Origin: Desulfosudaceae bacterium
GTDB taxonomy: Bacteria > Desulfobacterota > Desulfobacteria > Desulfobacterales > Desulfosudaceae
Assembly (NCBI GenBank): GCA_963674745.2
Contig: CAXXDV010000001.1
Location: 2,176,001-2,240,000 of the forward strand
DNA: 64,000 nucleotides
Direction of reading: 5' to 3'
In this document: in pieces, positions 9,995 to 17,848 of the stretch
Numbering within the stretch: position 1 is the first letter of the stretch
Layout: every line of letters begins with the position of its first letter
Translations under genes and position numbers: made by a program
The notes under the pieces: generated by a model
Databases searched by the model: none
The model's input: only the letters and a program-made list of their open reading frames with translations
What the model was told of the DNA's origin: nothing

Positions 9995-12797
9995 TCTGTT
10001 TTTATGGTGTCTGATTCTTTCGCTGAGTGCGATTACCGATGGCCGGGCGGATAGCCGATATGCCCTCACGCCGGCAAACGGCCCGGCGATAAGCAAACCA
10101 GGATCCATTGAAAACCCGGCGATCGTTTACGTTGAATCGTCACCGGTTTTTATATCTGTTGTCGAACCGGCCGTGAGCGTGGCGGAGACCAGTCAATATA
10201 AACCGGTAAACAGGTGGCAGGCCCAGGCCCGGGTCGACGTTCCTTCTCCAGGCCTGGTTGAGTCCACCCTGATACCGGAACTGCATCAGGTGCGGGCGGT
10301 AAAAGGCGGCCGGGAGGGTAATCAGCTGGACCTCTGCCTTCTGGGTCCGGATGGCAAGCCCCGGGGATTTGAGCTGTTCTGGCGGGAGAAGGGGCGGCAG
10401 GAAACGGTTGCTCTTAAACAGGCAAAGGTCGAACTGCTGGACGGCCGGCGCTTGCTCTGGGAGGGCGTTGTGCCGGATCAGTACATGGTAAATAAAATCA
10501 TTATCGATATTGCCGACAGTAATTATGTGGGCAAAGTGGATGTTGAGGCGCTGAATGATTCCGGATGGATCTTTCTGGTGAAGAATGCCGCTCTCTATAA
10601 AAACAACCGGTTAAACCAGGCTGAAATATCAATATTAGATGGTCCGTATCAACGGTTCAGATTATACTTCAGCGGATATGATGAAAAGTTTCGTGACAGG
10701 CCGCTTTTTGTCAGTCGCGTTCAAGCGGTCGGCACACGTTCCGGAAGAGATTACGAAAACACATCCTTTCAGTCTGAATTTGAAGAGATTACGGAAGACC
10801 GGGCAACCGTCGTCCGTGTACGGCTTCCGGGTTCAGGTATATGGATAAATGATATAAAGATAGCGACCGACGCCCTTTTCCAGGGGGAATGGCAGCTGGG
10901 ACGTGAAACCAATGTGCTCGGCAAACGGGAATTTTCAGTTATTTCAAGCGGTCGTGTCAGCCATGTCGGCGAAAACCAACAGACGCTTATGCTTGATGTC
11001 AACCAGCGGTGGCCGGATCAGATTCTGACGATCAGGATGGCTGCCAGAGATTATTTCGGCCGGATTCGGTCCGTGGACATTCGGGCCAGAATACCACGGA
11101 TGACCTTTTTTGCCGATTCAGCCGGACGCTATACCGTTCGCTCCGGCTGTGGAAACGCAAAGCCCGTTCTCGATATGGCCGGAGACCGCGGCCGCAGGAT
11201 CGATCACCAGCTTGTGCTTACGGGCATCACCCGAAATCTCAAGCGCATACACGACAACCTGGCGGAGAAATATCGCATCACCGGAGGGCCTTTTCATCAG
11301 GACGGTTATGCCTGGAAAGCGGATGTCCGGGTCGATGAGCCGGGGTTCTACCAGGTGGTTCTAAATAAACGCGTTTGTCTTGAAGAAAAATTATCCGCCC
11401 TGAGACTGGTCAGGGACAACAATCAGGTCCCCTATTTTCTGGGGTTCGAGGAAGAACGATATGTGCGGCTTGAAGCGTCGGAAGAATATGACGCCAATCA
11501 GAATCGCACTGTTTATACGGTCAGGCTTCCCTTTGCCTCATCACACTGGGCTGCCATTAAGCTGAGTGCCGAAGGCCTTTTTGAACGGACGCTTGTTTTT
11601 CAGAAGCATGTCCCGGGAATGATCGGATGGCAGCCATGGAAGACCCGGCGCTGGGTCGGCCGGCAGGGGCGAAAAACCGATTTCATTCTGGGGCTGAATG
11701 ATTTCCCCCGGGATCAGGATGAGGTCCGGCTGATTGTTGACCACGGGGACGATCAGCCTCTGGACATCCAATCCGTTTCGGCGGGCTACAGCGCCCGGGA
11801 TCTTTTTTTTCTGGCTTCGACACCGGGTACCTATACCTTGTTCGGTGGGAATCCGGACGCGTCGGCGGTCTCTTACAAAGATTTTGAAATGATAAAAGAT
11901 GAACTGCTGGCCGCAGTTCCGAGACAGGTCAAAATGGGGGATGTCGAATCCGTACAGACCGCCGGAGAAGAAAACCCGTCGGGAAAAGATATGGGCGGAC
12001 CTTTTGATGATAGCGGGTATACCTGGGCCTCATCTCTTGGAGAGATCACAAAGTCCGGTTTTTATCAGTTGCGGCTTAACCAGCAGGCGTCCCTTGAAAA
12101 TAACCGTCATGGTTTAAGGCTGGTCAGAGATAATCAGCAGGTGCCCTATTTTCTGGGAGGGCTCCAGCAGAGAGGGGTGGCACTGTCCGTTGAGAAAGAA
12201 TATGAACGCGACAGGAACGAAACGACCTGGACGGTCAAACTGCCTCGAGCTTCCGCTCATTGGCACAAGCTTCGCATGACCGCGGAAGGCGTGTTCAGCC
12301 GGGATCTTGTGCTTGAGGTCCGGAAGCCCGGGAATACCGGCTGGCAGGTGTGGAAAAGAGTTGAATGGACAAACCGGCATGCGGGTGAAACGGTTCTGGA
12401 AACCCCGTTAGCGGCATTTCCAAAGGGACAGACGGAAATCCGCCTGGTCATGCGGCATGGTGACAACAAGCCGATTGACGTTAAGAAGGTAGAGGCGGTT
12501 TACACCACCCGGGACATGTTTTTTATTGCCGGTCAGGGTGACGGTTACCGGCTGGTCGGTGGCAATCCTGCGGCTTCGGCACCTTCCTATGACCTGGCGC
12601 TGATCAGGGACCATGTTCTGAAAAAAGAACCGATAAAGATCTCCATGGATGAAATGGAGACGTTAAAGCCGGCAGCATGGAAAACAAAAATCAGCCACAC
12701 CTTCAGTGAGCAGGGATGGGGCCTTTATGCGGTTCTGGGGCTGGTGACCTTGATCCTGCTGATTGTCATCGTGCGGCTGTTTCCCAAGGAGGACTAA
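9978..12797 (+). CDS. Exported, C-terminally anchored protein with internally repeated DUF3999-like modules
   Basis: Signal peptide; duplicated LRLVRDNxQVPYFLG / HGDxxPxD / GGNP.A.A..YD modules; C-terminal TM; overlaps the DUF2339 stop codon. Confidence 0.7.
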   Translation: MPKKRDLFLWCLILSLSAITDGRADSRYALTPANGPAISKPGSIENPAIVYVESSPVFISVVEPAVSVAETSQYKPVNRWQAQARVDVPSPGLVESTLIPELHQVRAVKGGREGNQLDLCLLGPDGKPRGFELFWREKGRQETVALKQAKVELLDGRRLLWEGVVPDQYMVNKIIIDIADSNYVGKVDVEALNDSGWIFLVKNAALYKNNRLNQAEISILDGPYQRFRLYFSGYDEKFRDRPLFVSRVQAVGTRSGRDYENTSFQSEFEEITEDRATVVRVRLPGSGIWINDIKIATDALFQGEWQLGRETNVLGKREFSVISSGRVSHVGENQQTLMLDVNQRWPDQILTIRMAARDYFGRIRSVDIRARIPRMTFFADSAGRYTVRSGCGNAKPVLDMAGDRGRRIDHQLVLTGITRNLKRIHDNLAEKYRITGGPFHQDGYAWKADVRVDEPGFYQVVLNKRVCLEEKLSALRLVRDNNQVPYFLGFEEERYVRLEASEEYDANQNRTVYTVRLPFASSHWAAIKLSAEGLFERTLVFQKHVPGMIGWQPWKTRRWVGRQGRKTDFILGLNDFPRDQDEVRLIVDHGDDQPLDIQSVSAGYSARDLFFLASTPGTYTLFGGNPDASAVSYKDFEMIKDELLAAVPRQVKMGDVESVQTAGEENPSGKDMGGPFDDSGYTWASSLGEITKSGFYQLRLNQQASLENNRHGLRLVRDNQQVPYFLGGLQQRGVALSVEKEYERDRNETTWTVKLPRASAHWHKLRMTAEGVFSRDLVLEVRKPGNTGWQVWKRVEWTNRHAGETVLETPLAAFPKGQTEIRLVMRHGDNKPIDVKKVEAVYTTRDMFFIAGQGDGYRLVGGNPAASAPSYDLALIRDHVLKKEPIKISMDEMETLKPAAWKTKISHTFSEQGWGLYAVLGLVTLILLIVIVRLFPKED

Positions 12798-12974
12798 AGA
12801 CGCGCAGACGGACGGTCTCCAGTCCAATGCCACTCACGCTGGATCCGCCGTGATTTCCGGATTTCCGGGGACATCCATGATAAGTAAAGTCAAGGGAAAA
12901 AAAGAGTTTTCCCATCCGCCAAAGAATACCCCCTGGTGGTTATGTTCCCGGTTCTCCGCGTAAGCTCTTTTTAA

Positions 12975-13170
12975 TCTGTGTCTATTCGATCGACGGTCTG
13001 CCGCGACCAGACATCCATTTGCTGTATCAGCCGCTTTATCCTTAATAAATAAAGCGGCGTCACAGAAGATTGAGTTTGGGTTAAAACCCGCCGGCCTCGA
13101 AACAGTATAAAAGATTGTATCTCGATCGGCTGTTCGATCACACAGTCCCCAAAACGCGAGGCCCGGCGGG
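12975..13170 (-). ncRNA. Candidate IS110 bridge/seek RNA with two stem-loop domains
   Basis: Stem 13087-13099/13157-13170 with inner hairpin 13124-13128/13135-13139; stem 12975-12980/13061-13066 with hairpin 13030-13039/13049-13058; loop 9-mer 13010-13018 is identical to element end 12870-12878. Confidence 0.7.
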
Positions 13171-13206
13171 AAAGCAACAGACGGATAAACCGTTATTTTA
13201 TAAAAT

Positions 13207-14244
13207 CTATGCCGCTTCCTGTTCTTCTCCTTTCGGCAGTTCAAACGTCTTTTGTCCTTTATCAACCGCAAGCATGTAGGCGACAAGCTTTCGTGCTACC
13301 GCCAGCGTGGCCCGGTTTTTATTGCCTTTCTCGATCTCTCGGGCATGCACCTCGGCCAGTTGCGGGTTCCAGTAAGGTGCCAGTTTGGCCGCTTCGACCA
13401 ATATCGTTTGTAAATGTTTGTTTCGCTTCTTCGATATTGGGCCTCTCATATTTTTGCCGGCCGACTCTCTTTGAGCGCTGCATAACCCGCAATAACTGAC
13501 AGCTTTCCGGGCCGATGAAAAACGGCCAGGATCTCCGATCTCCAGTGCCCAGGTCAGGGCCGTAACCTCTCCGACACCCCTGATGGACATCAGTCGATCC
13601 ACCCGTTCTTTTATCTGCTCATTATTGCGGAGCACCTTTAACAGTTTTTTTTGGATATCGGTAAACATCTCATATCCGGATCGGGACATGCGCAGCAGGT
13701 TTATTACCGACTCGGGCACATCTTCCATGTTCTCCAGCAACTCACGAAAATATTTTTTCCGGTGCAGTCTGCTTTTGGTGTATTCCGCGCCGCATTCCAT
13801 CAGGAGGCCGGATATTTTGTTTTGCATACGAACCGCCTCTCTGACGATATGATTGCGATAACGGAGAATGCGGCGCAACTCCCGCATATCCTCAGGCATC
13901 ATGTAACACTCCGGCAATAAATCGCACCGCAACAGATCGGCAATCATTCGCGCGTCTACTTTGTCGTTTTTCTTTTTGGATGCAGAAATAGCCTTGAGCA
14001 TCTGGGGATGGGCGACCTTCAACTCCTCAGCATACGGTTTTAAAAAATCATAAATCCATCCTGAAAACATCGTTGCTTCCATGGCGCCTGTCCACGGCCC
14101 TGGCAGACCATCTGCCCAGTGGGTTAAAGCGGAACGCGTAGCGGATATCACCCCTTGTCCGATAACGGTTCCGTCTTGTTGTTTAATGCAATAAGCGATA
14201 GTTTTCTTGTGAATGTCCAGTCCGATATAGTATGATTTTTTCAT
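13207..14244 (-). CDS. IS110-family transposase/recombinase (DEDD RuvC-like plus Tnp20 domain)
   Basis: IGLDIHK, MEAT, KNDKVDA (DEDD); SIRGVGEVTA; YCGL...ESAG catalytic Ser; ALAVARKL-type C-terminus; GGAGG RBS before ATG 14244. Confidence 0.95.
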   Translation of the reverse strand: MKKSYYIGLDIHKKTIAYCIKQQDGTVIGQGVISATRSALTHWADGLPGPWTGAMEATMFSGWIYDFLKPYAEELKVAHPQMLKAISASKKKNDKVDARMIADLLRCDLLPECYMMPEDMRELRRILRYRNHIVREAVRMQNKISGLLMECGAEYTKSRLHRKKYFRELLENMEDVPESVINLLRMSRSGYEMFTDIQKKLLKVLRNNEQIKERVDRLMSIRGVGEVTALTWALEIGDPGRFSSARKAVSYCGLCSAQRESAGKNMRGPISKKRNKHLQTILVEAAKLAPYWNPQLAEVHAREIEKGNKNRATLAVARKLVAYMLAVDKGQKTFELPKGEEQEAA

Positions 14245-14245
14245 G

Positions 14246-14340
14246 GGAGACCTCCTTGTTTGTGGATTCAGATTCTGAGCAAGCCCAGTGCCTGTCTCAG
14301 CCGGTATTTTAAATACCACATCTGCCACCGGGAGGTCTCC
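14246..14340 (-). promoter_or_regulatory. 10-bp inverted repeat able to sequester the transposase RBS
   Basis: GGAGACCTCC (14246-14255) / GGAGGTCTCC (14331-14340); the first arm contains the GGAGG RBS on the minus strand. Confidence 0.55.
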
Positions 14341-14581
14341 TCTCTCAATTAACTTACTTATGCATTCAAACAGTATAATTATTTATTCATGTAATATATA
14401 GTTACAAAGAAATAGAGATGTCCCCAGAATTGCAGAATTGCAATATAGTCTTAGTTCGGGGTTGGGACTGGGTCTGCCAGTACTAAAATTTAGCACAATA
14501 ATGGATAATTTTGATGATTGGGTACTTGATCATTTTTTTAATGATGGTGATATTTGTGAATGATGGATATGGTGTGATTAG

Positions 14582-14779
14582 ATGAACCTATCAAGCATTT
14601 TATATTATATTGGTGCGTTTTTTCTAATTGTGACAGGACTTTGCGGAGCTTTAATTACGATTAGAATAAATTGGATTAAAAACAAGGATCAAAATATTGA
14701 CCTTTTAATAGGCAAAATTGCTTTTTTTTCAATATGTTTAGCTATTATTTTCATATTTATTGGTGTTGGTATTAGTTAG
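14582..14779 (+). CDS. Small AT-rich two-TM hypothetical protein
   Basis: 65-aa ORF with two hydrophobic segments in a visibly AT-rich patch. Confidence 0.55.
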   Translation: MNLSSILYYIGAFFLIVTGLCGALITIRINWIKNKDQNIDLLIGKIAFFSICLAIIFIFIGVGIS

Positions 14780-14928
14780 TGCCCATCCAAAAATATTAAA
14801 TTTGGGGACAAATAGGGTCTATAATTTTATGCGTTTTTTCTATAGTATAGTGCGTTGACTCGTCATGGGCAACCTTCGGTTGGCCCATGGCACCCAATTG
14901 ATTTTTGCAGCACCTCAAACCCCGCCCC

Positions 14929-14991
14929 TTAATCACTTAATCACTTAATCACTTAATCACATAACCACTTAATCACATAACCACTTAACAC
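14929..14991. repeat. Tandem octamer repeat (TTAATCAC/ATAACCAC), about 8 units
   Basis: Directly visible. Confidence 0.9.
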
Positions 14992-15007
14992 ATTAAAACC
15001 TAAAACC

Positions 15008-15871
15008 TTAACACCCCCTCGACCCCTCGACCCCTTGACTCCTCGAACCCTTTCTTTTCGCCACGAATTTGACGATCAAATCCGAAAAGAAATGGGTCAG
15101 GTGTCCGTTGCTGATGCGGTGGTTAAAATACAGGTATCGGGCCATCAGCCCCGGCACCACCATGAACCTTTTTTTCTTGATGGCTTTGACGATGGTCCGG
15201 GCCACGTATTCGGGCTTGAGCAGCCCGGCCATGCTTTTCACGGCCCGGGCCTCAGGCGGCAGGGTGGGGGCTTCTTCGGCCACAAAGGGCGTGTCCACTT
15301 CCGGCGGGCAGACCACGGTCACGTCGATGTTCATCAGTTTCAGCTCGCTGCGCAGGCACTCGGAGAGCCCCACCAGGGCGTACTTGCTGGTGCTGTAAAG
15401 GCTGTAGCCGAACATGCCGATCAGGCCGGCCTCTGAAGAGAGGTTGACGATATGGCCCCGGCCGGATTTGCGCATATAAGGCAGAAGCGCGGCAATGGTA
15501 TTGCGCGTGCCGTAAACGTTGATCTTCATGACCCTGTCAAAATCTTCGTAGGAAATGTTTTCAAAATAGTCGGCCGTTCCGATGCCGGCGCTGTTGATCA
15601 GAATGTCCGGTACACCGAATTGATCAACGGCGGTTTTAATTTTGTGCTGCACATCGTCATTGTCGGCCACGTCCATGGATATGGTGTCGATTCGCTGGTT
15701 TTTGTCAACACTTCCGGTTTCAAGCTTTTGCCTGGCTTTGTCCAGTCCACCCTGTTTCCGGGCAAACAGTATCAGGCTGCACCCTTCAGCAACAAGCAGG
15801 CGGGCGGTTTCAAGGCCGATGCCGCTGGAGCCGCCGGTAATATAGGCGAGTTTTCCGGAAAAAAAAGCCAT
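15008..15871 (-). CDS. Short-chain dehydrogenase/reductase, 3-ketodihydrosphingosine-reductase-like subgroup
   Basis: TGGSSGIG, NSAG, YSTSK; CPPEVDTP...E and GYSLY resemble KDSR-like SDRs. Confidence 0.85.
   Translation of the reverse strand: MAFFSGKLAYITGGSSGIGLETARLLVAEGCSLILFARKQGGLDKARQKLETGSVDKNQRIDTISMDVADNDDVQHKIKTAVDQFGVPDILINSAGIGTADYFENISYEDFDRVMKINVYGTRNTIAALLPYMRKSGRGHIVNLSSEAGLIGMFGYSLYSTSKYALVGLSECLRSELKLMNIDVTVVCPPEVDTPFVAEEAPTLPPEARAVKSMAGLLKPEYVARTIVKAIKKKRFMVVPGLMARYLYFNHRISNGHLTHFFSDLIVKFVAKRKGSRSQGVEGSRGC
15015..15051. repeat. Degenerate octamer repeat (CCCCTCGA/CCCCTTGA) overlapping the SDR 3' end
   Basis: Directly visible; encodes the low-complexity tail KGSRSQGVEGSRG. 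Confidence 0.8.
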
Positions 15872-15885
15872 GGTGTTTTCTCCTT

Positions 15886-16896
15886 TTATTTGCGCATGGT
15901 TTGTTCTATATACGTCCTGGTCCGGTTCATACCTTCGGCATAAGAAACCCGAGGGGTATAACCGAGTTCACGGGTGACACGCCGGTTGGGAAAGCGGTTG
16001 TCGGAACCGACCAGGTTAAAGGCTTCCCGGGTCAGGGGGGGGCGTTTTTTGATCCGGAAAAGTTTCCACAGGGCCTCAAAAACGAAGGCGCTGACGGCGG
16101 CTGCGGACCGTGGCACAGATCCGGGGCTTCTGGCGCCGATCATCTGTGCCAGGTCCGAAAAGTACTGGTGCCAGCTTACATCAAGGCCGTCACTGGCGTT
16201 GTAAACGCGCCCGATGGATTTATCATCCACACCGGCCAGGATAAGAATGTCGGCCACGTTGTCAACATAGGCCAGTCCGGCATTCCCCCTGCCGCCGGAA
16301 ATCAGGCCCGGCGCGCCGGTTTTTAAAACATTGACAATATCATGCAGCCAGGGACCGGAGCCCGGCCCGTATACATTGCCCGGCCGCACCACGGTCAAAC
16401 GAAGGCATTTGTCCCGGTAATATTCCCGGGCCAGTTTTTCCTGGGCCTGTTTGGTGCGGCTGTAGGGACCGAACGCTTTGCCGTAGCCGGTGTCCTCGGG
16501 GCAGGGCCCTTTGCTGATATTATCGCCATATACGATGACGCTGGCCGTCAGCACCACCCGGCTGTTGTTTTTAATGGCTTCTTCAAATACCAGGCGACTG
16601 CCGTCGACCGTATACTTCCAGTAAAGTGTTTCATCTCCCCAGTCGGAGACCACGGCTGCCAGATGGATAATGGTGCCCGCGCCGGAAACTGCCTTTGCGA
16701 CCGCTTTGGGATCGGAAATATCGCCCCGGGCGATTTCCACGGTCTGCCCCCATTCATCCGGCAGATTTTCGTCCGGCAGGACCAGTGCCCGAACCGTGAT
16801 GCCGGCGTCCAGCAGTTTGGTCACCACCCTGCGGCCGATAAAACCGGTAGCACCGGTCACCAGCACCGGCTGGGCGATATTCGCAATGGTTTTCAT
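15886..16896 (-). CDS. NAD-dependent epimerase/dehydratase (extended SDR, 3-beta-HSD/OleD-like)
   Basis: VTGATGFIG, IHLAA, YSRTK, RPGNVYGP, YVDNVA. Confidence 0.85.
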   Translation of the reverse strand: MKTIANIAQPVLVTGATGFIGRRVVTKLLDAGITVRALVLPDENLPDEWGQTVEIARGDISDPKAVAKAVSGAGTIIHLAAVVSDWGDETLYWKYTVDGSRLVFEEAIKNNSRVVLTASVIVYGDNISKGPCPEDTGYGKAFGPYSRTKQAQEKLAREYYRDKCLRLTVVRPGNVYGPGSGPWLHDIVNVLKTGAPGLISGGRGNAGLAYVDNVADILILAGVDDKSIGRVYNASDGLDVSWHQYFSDLAQMIGARSPGSVPRSAAAVSAFVFEALWKLFRIKKRPPLTREAFNLVGSDNRFPNRRVTRELGYTPRVSYAEGMNRTRTYIEQTMRK

Positions 16897-16906
16897 ATTA
16901 TTTTCC

Positions 16907-17833
16907 TCAAACCTCAATATCATAACCGTTAAATATTTTTCGGCATTGCTCGACGGCGTCATTGGACATGAATTTTGTCATGGCCGGGTCGTCCCGGCAG
17001 GGATTGTCGCTGCCGATCTTGTCGGTTTTTTCATGCCAGAGCGGGTTGTAGGCCAGAAGGGCGGCCTGCTTCACCCCCAGGCGGCTTAAAAACACGGCGA
17101 TTTGCCGCATATTGTCTTCGGTGTCGGTCATGCCAGGAATCAAAGGCGTCCGCGGCAGCAGCCTCTTGCCATCTTCAGGCGTCATCTTAATAAGACGCTC
17201 GAAGTTCTCCAGGATTTTTTTGTTGGATACGCCGCAGTGTCGATGGTGGAGGGATTCGTCATAAATCTTGATGTCATAATAGATGCTGTCGACAAACGGA
17301 TAAATCAGTTCCCGAAAGAGGTCCATGTTAAACATGCCGCAGGTTTCCACCAGGGTGTGAATTCCGTTTCTTTTGAGTATGGACAGGAGCCGGCCGGCAT
17401 AGTCGGCAAACAGGGTCGGTTCACCGCCGGACAGGGTCACCCCTCCGCCGGAAGCGTCAAAAAAAGGCTTGTCCGGCATGATCTTTTCAAGCACCGCTTC
17501 TACGGTCATGTCCTGCCCCACGCGGCTCAGGGCGCCTGACGGGCAGGCGTCGACGCAGGCAAAACAGAGGGTGCATTTTTCCCGGTTGATGTAATTCTGG
17601 TGTTCCGTTGACAGGGCCTTTTCCGGACAGATTTCACGGCAGGTGCCGCAGCCGATGCAGGTGCCGGCGTCAAACGATATTTCCACGCCGGACCGTTTGC
17701 TTTCGGGATTGTGGCACCAGGCGCATGACAGGGGGCAGCCCTTGAAGAACACCACCGAGCGGATGCCCGGGCCGTCATCCAGGCTGTTGCCTTTAATTTC
17801 CAGGATCAGGGGTGTGGTTGTTTCGGTCGTCAT
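16907..17833 (-). CDS. Glycyl-radical enzyme activating protein (radical SAM with ferredoxin insert)
   Basis: DGPGIRSVVFFKGCPLSCAWCHNPES; two CxxCxxCxxxCP motifs; GGVTLSGGEP. Confidence 0.95.
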   Translation of the reverse strand: MTTETTTPLILEIKGNSLDDGPGIRSVVFFKGCPLSCAWCHNPESKRSGVEISFDAGTCIGCGTCREICPEKALSTEHQNYINREKCTLCFACVDACPSGALSRVGQDMTVEAVLEKIMPDKPFFDASGGGVTLSGGEPTLFADYAGRLLSILKRNGIHTLVETCGMFNMDLFRELIYPFVDSIYYDIKIYDESLHHRHCGVSNKKILENFERLIKMTPEDGKRLLPRTPLIPGMTDTEDNMRQIAVFLSRLGVKQAALLAYNPLWHEKTDKIGSDNPCRDDPAMTKFMSNDAVEQCRKIFNGYDIEV

Positions 17834-17848
17834 AAAACCATCCTTTTT

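Larger units (their letters stand above)
12870..14416 (-). mobile_element. IS110-family insertion sequence (3' non-coding-end type) bounded by a duplicated GA/TC core
   Basis: IS110 transposase; structured ~330-nt downstream non-coding end; ends lie in GGGGACATC (12867-12875) and GATGTCCCC (14417-14425); TTGACT -35-like hexamer just inside the right end. Confidence 0.8.

Noticed and set aside
12834..13286. 150-aa minus-strand ORF after the transposase
   Set aside because: Crosses the IS end, has no motifs, and the region is better explained as a structured non-coding end
14929..14991. CRISPR-like array
   Set aside because: 8-bp tandem units without spacers; no cas genes
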